DNA of 63,745 nucleotides, the filler included, from Hyphochytrium catenoides (lineage: Eukaryota; Protista; Hyphochytriomycota), in assembly GCA_900088475.1 (NCBI GenBank). It is 11 parts of 11 records of this genome, joined end to end, with 100 filler letters (N's around TTAATTAATTAA, not from the genome) between each part and the next. Parts side by side here need not be neighbours in the genome. Positions count along the whole stretch, not along the records: positions 41,793 to 54,276 come from FLMG01001597.1; positions 54,377 to 57,621 come from FLMG01000634.1; positions 57,722 to 61,799 come from FLMG01002989.1; 8 more parts are not named here. The stretch is one strand, 5' to 3'. Positions 49,217-61,623 of the stretch are shown piece after piece. The notes below the pieces were generated by a model. The model was not told where the DNA came from. It ran no database searches and saw only the letters and a program-made list of their open reading frames with translations. Each line of letters begins with the position of its first letter. Within the stretch, counting starts at the first letter, position 1. A program made the position numbers and the translations under genes.

Positions 49217-50940
49217 AGTACGCATGTATTAGCTGCGACCTAAGTCATCTCACATAAGCATTTGATTATTGGCATTTCATTACCCTCGAACTACCCCATA
49301 CAGACAGTAATCTCTTTCTTCCCATCCTACTACTCCTCGCTCCTCAATCATCGTCGCTGCTCTTCTTCTTCGTCCCTTGGTCACTTCGTCCTACTATATG
49401 CTCAGAAGGCGAGTACCAGCAGGCAACTATGAGGTTATCCTTCTTCTGAGACCAGCAGGTGGCCAGGGGCCATATCAATCATCATCCTTCTTCTTGCTAT
49501 GTTAAAACGTCTATCCATCATTGTTTCATCTTGGGGCTGGCTGTGGGACGAGGCGCGCGGAGCCACACTTAGTACCTGGTAGCACCTGGAGGAGGAAGAA
49601 GAACGACGGCGGTCGGATGGAGGTGGTTAGCTAATCATGATGAGGTGATGATAACGATGTATAATAAGGGGTTTCGAGCAGTAGTGCAGAAGAAGATTGA
49701 AGGGAGGACCCGTTGGCAGAGGGTTGGAGAGGGAAGAGGACACAACAAGCTTTGGTTAAAGCCTTAATGAGTCCAAGAGTTTGGAAGAGTGCACAGCAGG
49801 TTAGTTAGAAGACCAGAAAAAGAACCGACATCATCATCACACAAAACACGAAGTACTAATAGTGAGCAATAGAGTTGTCCAACATATTGTTTGCCAAAAG
49901 AACGCAAGAGCCAATGCTCACGAGATAGAGAGATAGAAGAAAATCAGACAAAGGGAACATGGGCAGCCAAGGAGAATGAGATAGACTTAGGAAGCTCAAT
50001 AGCGAGACCAGTTCACAACTGAAAGAACACGAATGATGCTGCGTCTGGGACTAGTAGAGATAGCGGCGCATCCTATATAGGGAAAAAGCTTTACTCACCT
50101 ATCTAAACTCTCTCAGTCAGACAGACTTCAGGACCTCTCTTTTATCCTTCTTCTGACGTAGCCATAGTAGAGAGAGTGGTGTTGATTGAATCCACGGTCT
50201 TCTGGAGAAGAGATGAGGAGCAGGAGAGAACATATAAGTCTCGTTTGAAAGAAGTAAAATGAGGCCAATGGTGCAGAGAGCAATCAGCAGTACATGGACA
50301 GAAAAAGAAAGGCTCTATGCGAAAACCAGCTAAAGAGAATGAAGCAAAGGATGGAGTGGAAAAGCTGGTGAAGATAGCATAGCCTTGGGCGGTCAGTAGT
50401 CCCACTGTCTCTGATAGACAGCGCTATGTAGATATGTCTCTTTCTAGAGCTCAAGAGAAATCCAATGATCTCTGTATTAAAATATTAGCACTGGTAGAAG
50501 ACAACAGTCTTACGTCCTGTCTGCGTGGAGAGGTGAGAAGATATTCCTGTCGTCTCACCACTCATCTGCTGTGACCATTATGCTTCCATTGTTCCTCTTC
50601 TGTCCCGTCTAGGTCTTGTCCACAACGAAGTATTACTGCTAGTGTGCTCCTACTACTAGACTTACCTCTGCACCCATAAAGGGCTCAGGAGTCTTCGTCA
50701 GTCCTCTGCCATCCAGCCAGGGTAGCCAGAGCTGGGTTGTGCGCAGGACAACAATAACTACTGAAGGCAAACCAACATTCTCCTCCTTTGTCCTGTGCAG
50801 CCTTGTCCAGCACTGTTCTCTGCAGAACATGCCATCTTGGAGATTGAGGCGTTGCCAGCTGCATCATCTGAAGATGAGAATGAGCCCAAGAAGAATAGAG
50901 AAACGACCAGAAGTCTGCTGACTAAGACGACCGGGAGTGA

Positions 50941-51287
50941 CCACAAGAGCGAAAGTTAGGGTCGAACCATGTCAAACTAAGCTCAGTTTTTGTCTCCATC
51001 AGTGTCACAAGAGCGAAAGTTAGGGTCGAACCGTGTCAAACTAAGCTCAGTTTGTGCCTCCATCAGTGTCACAAGAGCGAAAGTTANNNNNNNNNNNNNN
51101 NNNNNNNNNNNNNNNNNNNNNNNNNNNNNNNNNNNNNNNNNNNNNNNNNNNNNNNNGTCACAAGAGCAAAAGTTAGGGTCGAACCATGTCAAACTAAGCT
51201 CAGTTTGTGCTTCCATCAGTGTCACAAGAGCGAAAGTTAGGGTCGAACCATGTCAAACTAAGCTCAATTTGTGCCTCCATCAGTGTC
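50941..51287. repeat. 64-bp tandem satellite containing TTAGGG
   Basis: Unit GTCACAAGAGCGAAAGTTAGGGTCGAACCATGTCAAACTAAGCTCAGTTTGTGCCTCCATCAGT. At least four copies, with an assembly gap inside the array. Confidence 0.93.
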
Positions 51288-51807
51288 ATTGTTCTCTTCA
51301 CCCTCCTTTTCTCTCATAAATCTGAAGAGCCCAACTTTCCTTCATCTCGTTCCTTGACCCTTTGTCCCAATAGTCAAAGGTCAAACAGCCCCTTTGTCAT
51401 TGACACTAATCCCCAGGTACCCCTCTCGAATCTTCAACCTATGTGAGTGCCCAGTCATGGGCGGCTGCTCTAGCAGCGGTGGGGGACTTTGTGCGAAGCG
51501 GTGGCTTCAATATTGGAAGAGAGGTGCAGAACTGCACTAGCAATAGTTCGACGGCCCGGTAAGAGTGATATAGGAACCTGGGGGATCTTATGATTACTAA
51601 GATTTCCGTTCTTACTCCCAAAGCGCCAACAAACACCAATGACCAGTCCGTCGTACATCTTAGAAGCTTTGGTCGGAGACTGCTTCTTCTGCTCTCGCAG
51701 CTACTTACAGAGCTATTTCCTAATGCTAATAACTAAGGAAAGATCGTCAGATGCTCTGCTCAGTGAATCCAGAGTTTAGCTGAGGAGCAGAGCTGCAGCG
51801 TTGCATT

Positions 51808-53930
51808 CTACTCATAGCTTTCCCACTCGATGAGAAGGGCCTGCAACTCCCTCCGCAGCTGCTGCGACATCGTGCCGTGGACATTCGCCCTCAGACTCAT
51901 CTCCTGCGCGTCCGCGAAGCCCCGCTGAGTGTGCCATCCAACTCTTGCGCTCCCATAGCGAGTGCCATCATCGGTGCCCGCAGCTTCGGCTATGAGTGCA
52001 CCGCCTCTGACCACACTCGCGCACTCCCATAAAGATTGCTGCTCCATCAGTGCATCTTCATATAAATTCTGTATGAGAGCTGCTTGCGCTGTAAACTTCT
52101 CCTCTAGTTGGGCGCGTTCGGCGGCCAAACTCACAAACGAGTCCCAGTCATCCTTAGCACAGGCAAGCTCATAGATCCTACGCATGCGTGGAGAGTAGAA
52201 CATGCATGACTGCAACGTCTGGTCATCTTGGTCCAGCATCTTCTTGAACTTTATTGCGAACTTTGTACCTCTTAGTGCTTCTTGATAGCACGTCTCGCAG
52301 GCTGCCCACCCACTGATGCCTTCACTCCGATACCATTCTCTGTGGCCCAGCTTGGTGCCCTGAGAGCACTTCTGCTGCTGTCGCTGCGTTTCCTTGACCT
52401 TTGTCTTGAACTGTAGCGCGAGCTCCTCAGCAGCAGACGCTCCGTCTTGATCTTTTCCCTGTTCATCAAGACCGATGGCCTCCATCCTGCTGTCCAGGGC
52501 CATCATTTCTTCTATGTAGATACGCTGCTTCTCCTCTTCATTGGAGAAGGCGCACTTCTGCGGGATAGAAGGCGGTACCCTGCTCTGCCCCAGGAACCGC
52601 GGTAGCGCTGAGGAGAAGGTACAGATGAGCCTATAGCAGGCGTCGCAGATGTCCCAGTTAGAGATAGGGCCGTCTCTGAAGTTCCACTTCTGTCCAGGCG
52701 TCTCGCTTGGTCCAGGACAGCGAGGATAGTTCTCCATAAAGGTCTTATTCCCTCTCACAAAGAAGTCAAAGTCTCCGTGCCTTTGAGAGACCTGCCAAGC
52801 GCAACGAAGCCATGGGACACTGAGGCTACACCGAACTCCAACATCAGGTGGTAGATCTGGTAGCTGGACAGGCAGGAGGACGAACGTTGTTGATGAGAAG
52901 GCTTGGGAACTAGAAGTAATAGCATCAGCACATTCCTGGCAAATGATAAAATCCGAGGGTGCTCCGGCTATCGTGTGCCACCCCACATAGTCGCGTACGA
53001 AGCGTGCTTGCTTACACGGAGGGGGAAGCGGTATAGCTGCCCACTCTAGAAGGCCAATCCCATCGGTTGTTGCAGGAGGAGGAGGAGTAGAAGAAGCTGC
53101 AATCGTTGTTGCTAAGCTAAGCGAGTGGACGCTTTCAATCACTGCGGCGATGTCAGTCTTTGCCGCTGGTCGGTCATTGCTAGTAGCAACGGGCCCTCTG
53201 GCAGGATGACCAGGTGACTCTGTCTTTTCCTTAGCCTTTTGGCGTGTCACTGTCACTTCAGTAGAAGCAGGAGCGGCAGGCTCTGGCTTTTCCTCCTCTC
53301 TCCACCCTGCTTGGGCCCAGGGATCAAGTAAGGAAGAATCGAGTCTACAGGACGTCACGATTTCTGCAGGTCCTGATTGCTGGAGGAGCGCTTGCCCACT
53401 GCCACGATGAGGTAGTGCACTACTAGCTGTTAGAGTTGTTCCAAGATCGTGATTATGATGCTCCACTGCTGCTGGGTGTACCTGCTCTTGGGGTTGTCTA
53501 TAGGTTGTCCGTAGTGTCCAGCGTAGGAGGCTCCTTGTTGTTGACGAAGACCGATGTCGGTCTGCTGCGGATAGTAAGAGTGTGGAGGAGTAGGCCAAGC
53601 GATCTGCGGGGGAGGAGGATAGGGTGCTGACTGCAGGTGGTGCACGGTTTGCTGATGTTGTCGTTGCTGGTGGTGGGAGGAGGCTGGCTGCGGCGGTAAG
53701 AAGAGTGGCGCATACGAAGGCTGCTGGGAGGAATGACCATCAAAATAATAGGACGAGGGTTCATAAAGGCCCGACGCCGGGAACGCAGGAGCTGCAGCGA
53801 TTGGAGGAGGAAGAGGAGGAGGCGGTGCACTAGGAAGAGGGACTGAGGTGTGAGACCTCCTCCCATCATCTGTCTCATAATAGTAATAGTAACCAGGAGG
53901 CGGAGGAGGAGGAGACGAGAAGTTGCTCAT
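51808..53930 (-). CDS. Pro-rich N-terminus plus three Cys/Trp-rich CxxC(Y) repeats; one 59-nt intron (53481-53423)
   Basis: ORFs 53430-53930 and 51808-53598 join in frame through a GTACAC...CTAAC...TAG intron. Repeats W..FIICQEC..CSLSVPW, CPG..W..WDICDACY..CAF, WY..WAACETCY..CMFYSPRMR. Confidence 0.8.
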
Positions 53931-55908
53931 CTTTCAATCAATAGAAAGAATAGAAGAAGAAGGCCCAAAGCTTCGTTCTCTGCGGGGTTTAGATGGGGCT
54001 ATGGCCGCGACTCATAAGGATAAGAGGATGAGCGAGGCGGCAAAAAGAAAACTGATGCACTGCTGGCGCCTATGCTATCTTCTGGTTTGCCGGCATCGAC
54101 AACCTCGTAGTACCAATAAGAAACCTTGCTTTGACCCCTTATCTGCTTGTATCTTCAGTAGCAAGGATCGATCATCATCTGGTGGGAAAGAGAGAAGATG
54201 ATGCCTCCGCCGCCTGGTGTTCTACCTGTGGTTTGTACTGGTACATTTATTATAGAGAAGTCCATTCTTAGACATGNNNNNNNNNNNNNNNNNNNNNNNN
54301 NNNNNNNNNNNNNNNNNNNNTTAATTAATTAANNNNNNNNNNNNNNNNNNNNNNNNNNNNNNNNNNNNNNNNNNNNTCTGTCTCTCTCTGTCTCTCTCTT
54401 TGTCACTCTCTCTCTCTCCCTCTCTCTTTCTTCCCATATACGTACCATATATACATGACGTAGCGTCTTCTTTCTTCATTGAAATTTATTATTCACTTCT
54501 TGCTGCAAGCATTCCCTCTCTTCCTTCCGTCTCTCTCATGCTCTCACTCTGTCCTTTGTCCTTCTAGACAATGTCTCCATATATCTTAATCTTATACTCT
54601 CCAAGAACGAATATGCAATTTATGTACCTCCTCTCTCTCTGTGGTTCTGTCGCCCGATTTTGAGTCGCAGCCTTCTTCTTTATTCTAGCCTACTTTTCCA
54701 CCCTTTCCCAGCTAAACTCTCAAGCGTACCTAACTTCATATTCGCCTCTAACCTCATCATTTCTCTCTGCAGCGGCTTCCGATATAGCACTCTTTTTGCC
54801 TGCTCTTTAATCATGTACAATTTCTTAGTACTACTATCATTTCTTAGTCTCCTTCATCTCTGAAAGAGCACAACTCTCAGCCTCATCTGCAATCTACATC
54901 GTCGTTAGTAAAGTTTATCTCTGACTAGCGTTACTCAGGTGATCAAGAGTTGCGTGAAAGAATTTCATAGACAGACTCAGAGACTGAAGAACGAGATCAG
55001 CAAACAGAAAGCTCTGCAACTAGGAACCTGTTGCAAGCTGAAAAGCTGAGGGGGAAAGAAAGCGGTAGCGACAGGAAGGCAAAGGATCAGGGGGTAATAG
55101 GTTTACGTAGCCAAGGGGCACGGAGGGAGCAGCTCTTCCAGCGTTATGGGCTGATACCATGCTGACGATGTCTGATAGGCATATTAAGTATTTCGTCGTA
55201 CCTACCGTTGGTCCCAACGTATTACTTCCCGCAGCGTTTCCGAGTCTTTTTCTTTACACTGCTTTCGAAGCAACGAGGTGATGTTTTTCCGAGAACCTCT
55301 TCCTCCTTGAACTGATGATTACTTTATACTCCAGCTCGTATAGCTATAGTGCCCTGCATTTCATGCTATCCCTCAAATCTGCGTCCTCTCTTTTTTCATC
55401 AAAAAATCTGCCTGGAGCTTATTAGCCTCTTCGGTCAATGCCCTTGCACCCAAGAAGAAGGAGGGGGATGAAAGGAGGGAGGAAAGCTTCGCAGAGATAT
55501 CTTCGGCAAGACTCCTGCAAGCAGGTAATGAGACGGCAGAAGGAGGTCTGTCTCTCCAGCTCGCGTCGGACAAAGGAGAGCGAATAGAAACAAACGCAAC
55601 CTACCTTCTGTATGTTGCCTTTGCCATGAACCCCACCTTCTCTCTGATGGAGAAATTCCAATCATACCCTAATCACTGCAATAACCAGAAAGAGCGAGAG
55701 AGATAGATAGAAAGAGAGGAGAGATTGAAGACAGAAGCGAGTGAAGTGGATGAAGAAGCCAGAGGAAGAAGCAAATGAAAAGAGAAGAATGGAAAGAGTT
55801 ATGTATGGAATGCAAGGCAGTCAAAGAGAAGACCCACAGGGCGATGAGGGTGGAAGGGAAAAAACAGAGGGAAACGAGGGAACACAGAAGCTCCTCTCGC
55901 TTACGAAG

Positions 55909-56300
55909 AGGGAGTAGGGTAGTGTTTCTCTCCGCTCTCGTCAACGGCCTTAAGATAAGAGGACAACTTCTCCACATTGAGGCACTTCTTGCTCTTTTAA
56001 CGATACCACTCAGGAGATACAGTGGCCATCTATTCTCTGCTCTCTCTGTCCCTCTATCGTTCTCGCTCCTAGTTTCTGATGCGCTCCTTGCTTAGAAAGA
56101 GGGAGTGCGGTAGTGTTGTTCTCTGCTCGTCAGCTGTTTTAAGACAAGAGAATAACAAGTTCTCATTTCATGTCTTACTGAGGCACTTCTTGCATCTCTA
56201 GCGATAAGGGTCAGGGAGACACAGGGGATGTCCTCTGCTTCCGTTTCTCTATCTCTCTGTTCTTCTCTGGTCCTCTATTCTTCTCGCTCCTTCTGATGCT
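55909..56300. repeat. Diverged ~190-bp tandem duplication
   Basis: GAGGGAGT..GGTAGTGTT...TTAAGA.AAGAG...TGAGGCACTTCTTGC...TTCTCGCTCCT..TTCTGATGC occurs twice (~55909 and ~56099). Confidence 0.7.
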
Positions 56301-56893
56301 CCTTGGTGCCTTTCTCTTCTTGTTCCTATCGTCTATTAAATAAGGGAGAATACGGAAGGTTGTGTGAGTTTTTTAATTCGAAGAAAGAAATCGAAATAAG
56401 AATAGAATAGAAGGACAATTGATGATGGGGCCCTCTCTTCCATCCCTCCTTTCTCTCTCTTCACGGTTCTCCTTTCTTTTCCTCACCATTTTCTACTTGT
56501 TTGAAACACTATGTTCTATTCTTGAGTACGGCTACGCTCGATCTGTCTCCTCTTTATTCTCTAGTCACTGATAGCCTTGTCCAGCACTTGCTTTCCTGCT
56601 AGACTATAACCTGGAACAACAGTAAGGCGCAAGTCTCCAGGTGGAACGCACGGCAAACGTTCGACGGTGTAGCCCTGAAGGAAGGTGTAGAGATCTGAGA
56701 TCTGCTTGTCATTCAAAAGACGCACCTTTCCTGCAAGTTGGTTTGAGGGCATGCACTCAATGCAGTACAAGACTGTTTCCGGCTGCTTTGGATCTTTTTA
56801 ACCTAACATGGCCGCGCACACATTGTAACCGGAACAGATAAATCCTTGCAGCTCCACACTAGTCTTCAAAGCATTGGGCAATCTCTGCAAGTC

Positions 56894-57003
56894 TATCTGC
56901 TGAATGTTGCTAAGGAAGGGAGCTTTTATCAAGGTTTTGAAAGCTAGGGTTATCTGCTGAATGTTGCTAAGGAAGAGAGCTTTTATCAAGGTTTTGAAAG
57001 CTA
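56894..57003. repeat. 57-bp tandem duplication
   Basis: TATCTGCTGAATGTTGCTAAGGAAGRGAGCTTTTATCAAGGTTTTGAAAGCTA at 56894 and 56951. Confidence 0.95.
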
Positions 57004-57227
57004 ATGAGGACGGGAGTTGTTGCCAGGAGGGAAAGAGCACCAACAATATTTGTCCGGAGGATGGATATTGCGAAAAGGGGTAGAGAAGTAAAAAGGGTGA
57101 GATAGGGGAGTGGGGGTAGAAGGTAGGTAGGGAAGAGGTCAGTAGGGGCGATAAGCATTAGGGCACCAGCGAAAATACCAAGCAGGCCGGAATATAATAG
57201 GCACCATCAGGGCTGGGCAGCTGGCAA

Positions 57228-57569
57228 GGGCAGTTGGTTAGAGCTGCGGAACTAAACACAGGGCAGCTACTTAGCAAAATGGCAGCGGATAAGAGAAAGG
57301 CCATCAGTAAAAGGGAGAGAGTAGCGCGTTAAAAAACAGCGCGATAGGGAGTTGGTTGGCGAGCGAGTTAAAGAGAGGGTAGTTAGCGTGTTGGAGCGGG
57401 CTTGGGCAGTTGGTTAGGGCTGCGGAATCAAACACCAGTTACTTAGCAAAATGGCAGCGGATAAGAGAAAGGCCATCAGTAAAAGGGAGAGAGTAGCGCG
57501 TTAAAAAACAGCGCGATACGGAGTTGGTTGGCGAGCGAGTTAAAGAGAGGGTAGGTAGCGTGTTGGAGC
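57228..57569. repeat. ~170-176-bp tandem duplication
   Basis: Near-identical copies start at 57228 and 57404. Confidence 0.93.
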
Positions 57570-57806
57570 TGTTACTAAATCTAGGCAGATCAGGAGTTGC
57601 TCACGAGGAGTCACTCTCTGCNNNNNNNNNNNNNNNNNNNNNNNNNNNNNNNNNNNNNNNNNNNNTTAATTAATTAANNNNNNNNNNNNNNNNNNNNNNN
57701 NNNNNNNNNNNNNNNNNNNNNAGGAAAGAATATGTCCAATTTCCTTAGGTAACAAGAGCTAAGATCGTTCAGGCGCTCCTGACCCAAGCAGAGGTCAACA
57801 ATACTG

Positions 57807-60800
57807 TTAGAAGTCCCACCATAAGGCAGAGCATAATTGATACTCCGCCAAGTCCTCCGTAGAAAGCGTCCTCAAGTCCCTGGCGCTTATCCCATACGCC
57901 TCCGTCTCGGTCGCCTTTGAGTGGCCTGCTTGATTTGCGAACGGGAGCCGCCTCAACTTGGGAACCCTTGGATAGATATGGGCCTTGAGAAGTGCCGCAG
58001 TAAGGTGGCGGTAGTCGGCTAATCCCAGAGCAGTTTTAGACGAAATCTCGAACTCCCGTTTGAAGACTGCAGCTACATTCTCAGGGGAATCTAACGCTTG
58101 GCCATTGAGAAGCAGGTACGTATAATACTGCTTAGTGACGTTGGCTCTATGCTTAGGCCACAGAATGCCCGCAAAGACCACCTCCGCAGGTCGTACCAGA
58201 GCTAAATATGTTACAACCAATTTCGCGAGTCGTGGAGGAACAAACCGTGCGATCGAAATATCTTTAAATGTCATGGAGCTAACCTTGCTATGCTCCAACA
58301 GCATCAGCATCTGCCGGCCATCTAGGAGATAGAGTCCTCTGTGTCCTCCTACCAAATTCTCTGAGACACGAAGCGTTGCCAACTCTGAAGCTCTTGCTGG
58401 TTGGCCCGATAAAATGTGCAAGAGCGCAATCAAAACATCTCGAAAGCGCCGGGCACCAGCCATATACACCTTCACTTTCTCCACATTCCACAGTATTGAA
58501 TCCACTCGACCTTCACTCGTGAGAGCACCACCACCTGGTGGAACTTGTAGGAGAAATTCCTGCTGGAACTTTGAACGGGTTAGCAATCCTTTGCGAAGGC
58601 CTGTCTTGTTTGGATCAGTCAGGAAGGAGTACCCATTTTTTCGACATCGAAGATCATCTCGCCACGGTGAGCTAAGGTCAGATTTGGGATCCAGTTCAGA
58701 CAGCGGGATGCCTCTCAACATCTCTTTTTCAAGCATTGTTGCTGCCTTGCTCCACAAGTTCTGTACGGCAGACCGAAGTTGAGCAATCGAGATACTCTTT
58801 CCATTGACAGAGAGACTCAGCAACCTGTCTGCCTCACACCATACCACCTGTGGTAGCTTATGCTGTCGATTACAGAGCACGGATGCCAGTAACATGACAT
58901 TCCGGAGTGCCTGGAATGGGGTGTTGAGACCGTCCTTGGCCCATCGTAGAATATCACTGTACGGTGGTTTAAAGTTCTCACGAGGACCACTTGGAGGACC
59001 ACTTCTCCGATCAACGCCGCCACTGCGGCTGTTCTCAGACGCGCTACGTGCATGGGACGACGAGGACTGCGAAGGAGCTGAGGGTCCTTCTTGATCGTTA
59101 CCTGGGGTGGAGGAGGATGTCTGCGTGGAGGTTGCATGGGCCGTTGTCAACTCAAATATGACTGAGCTACGAATGACGTAGAGAAGAGCCGCACACTTCT
59201 CAGTGATATCAGCAACCTTGCCGTATTTCAAACTGCTGTCCATATTGGAGTACATTATATACTGGATCATCGTGAACTGGTTCACTCGTTTGAGCGTCGC
59301 CATATTGGCCTCTACAAAAAAGAGCGACCGACACACTTCGTGGAAACTTAAAAGGAGTGGTCCCTCAAATGCATCATGTTGGCCTCGATTGGAGTTGCGC
59401 TGCCTTTCATTCTCCGCGCTGTACGACGGAAGATCAGCCAAGAACATTGCGCACGCATCGCCAACGTGATCCCCCAGTTCCATTCCTTTTACGATAGTCT
59501 GGTCTCTAAGGCATCTCAACGCAAAAGCCACCACTCGGGCCAAGTGACGGGAATAGCGCTGCAGCGTGGACGGTTGCACCCCCTTGAAAAAAATCGGACT
59601 GTGCAGCGTCAAGCTTGGATTGGCGGCGTGCTGACGCATGAGAAGAGGAATGTCGGGTATCGTCTTTTGTACTGCCTCCATATACCTCAAGCTGATGAGC
59701 TCAATACTTGCATATCGTCCCTGCTCCTCTTCGGCACTGGGCAAACGGCAAGCTTCAACAAGCGGCCCAAGTTCTACTCCTTTCAAGTTCTTCAGCCACC
59801 CAAGCGTACTCAATAGGTTCGACATGAGACGAGTATCCTCGGTCTCCACTTCGTGCGGACCCGCGGACTCCATCTTCTCCAAAATGATTAACCACTGACT
59901 CACTAAAGGGTTGGCACCATCTTCAGAAACGTCACTATTCGGTGCCATGGATGGGAGGTGATGAGGCTCGCAATTGCAGACAACGCGGAAGTATGTTGCG
60001 CGTCGACCCGACGTCCCTAGTTGCTGGATTCTAGATGCAAAGTAGAGTCCAGCTCTTTGGGTTTCGTAGCCGTCGGACTCTTCAGCAACCGCTGCATGGT
60101 TGACAAAGCGCGGCAGGAGTACGCGGTCTCCAGAGGACATAGGCCGCACGTAAAGCCTTCATACACGGGCAAGCCCGTTAGGCATTTATGCAGGCCCATA
60201 TTCTCATCATTGTCAGCATCGTCGGCAATACGAGTCCTTGCAAGGGTCTTGGCAACAAATCCACCCACGGTGCTTTGAGGAAGGAGATCATCGTGCCATT
60301 GAGATTCCGTGGTAGCACCACTATCATCTAAGCATCGACCCAAGCCATCGTCGTCGTCGTCTCTCACTTGAAACCGAGACTGTTCTGCGATTACGTTAAT
60401 CTTGATCCCATGCTTCTTGAGCAAATGGGTACGATAAGCATTGCGATCGAAGAGCGCGACTCCACAAGAGGTGCAACACATTGCAATTAAGCGGGGATTG
60501 AAGATGATGACGAGGTTGTCCACAACAATCGTCCGTGGATGTTCTCCCATGCTCATTGTCCCACGTTCGCTAGCATCAGCTGTCGTTCCCTCCACATTGA
60601 GTTGCACGTTGTTTTCTCCTTGCGTTGTAGTGCTTCCGGCCGTCGCGCCAACTGTAGCATCGGAAGTAGCAGCAATAGAACCATCGGCGTGCCCCGCCCA
60701 CGAGCATATTGCAGCTCTTCATTTCCCTCAGCAGAACTAAGAGTGTGGGTAAGGCAATTCTTCGCATGCCGTTGGAGGCTGCTGCCCATGGAATAAGCAG

Positions 60801-61248
60801 CAGGGCAGCGAAGGCACTGGAATAACCCCGTAAATGAGTCTCGTGCTAATAAGGTACCTTTGTTGTGGTCATCATTCCCTCCTGCTGCTACCCCTGCCAT
60901 ACTACGAGGGTACTTGACATAGGTGGTTGGCTGATGCACATGCTTATGATGTGTCTTCTTTGCAGCCCTCGATAAAAATGTGGCCGAACAGTATCCGCAC
61001 TGGTAGGGCCTACCAATATCATCGCCATCATGATCACCAGCCAACGTTGTCCCACTCCCACCGTTAGATACGGTGTTTGTGGACATGATTATTGGGGGAG
61101 TGGTAGCAGCAGCGCTCGTAATGCCGCGGGCAGCAGGAAGCTCAACATTCGTAACAGCTGTAGGGGCAGCAGACGGAAGTTGAAACCTTGACGGTGCAGA
61201 CGTGACAATCGAAGGGCCAGTGAGAGGAGTTCGCAGTGGTTGGTCCAT
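57807..61248 (-). pseudogene. C2H2 zinc finger + DUF3505/OrsD-like + tyrosine-recombinase-like protein, split by two frameshifts
   Basis: Three overlapping collinear ORFs (61248-60553, 60607-60017, 60149-57807). Fingers CGYC..H...H and CLRC..H...C. DUF3505-like motifs CTSCGVAL..THLLKKH, GLPVYEGFTC and Q....YFRV. Then GQPARASEL, HSK, IARFVP..YLALVRP, DYRH, QAGH, AYG. Confidence 0.75.
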
Positions 61249-61416
61249 GCTTCCTTCAGATGGACTGGTGAAGGTTGGATTACCAAATGATGAAACACAG
61301 GATATGCCTCTTACAGCCTAAGAAGAGCAATAATAATTAACTCGCGTCGAACCCGATCCTATCCTTTCAATTTGGAGAATGGCTCCTACGATCGGTTACT
61401 TGTGAGAGGGAGTGTG

Positions 61417-61560
61417 CAGCCAGCTACAGCCGGATGCAGTACAGCAAAGGGAGGAGGCAGCCTACACCATAAAGCAGTCTCGCGGGAACAGGCAACCCAC
61501 TGACTGCAGCTTCCTCACTTCCCATTGATTATGTATGTCTGTGTGTGTGTGTGTGTGTTG

Positions 61561-61623
<63 letters not shown>

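Noticed and set aside
50941-51287. CRISPR array or true telomere
   Set aside because: Head-to-tail 64-bp units with no spacers, and no tandem (TTAGGG)n.
55330-55380. 'NAGH...Y' as a second recombinase remnant
   Set aside because: It is flanked by stops in that frame with no R/K/RH motifs. Another frame reads better as a decayed coiled-coil.
58135-60796. Plus-strand ORFs overlapping the recombinase-like gene (likewise those opposite the FKBP, NRDAAG and ATPase genes)
   Set aside because: Antisense shadows of real coding sequence with no motifs of their own.
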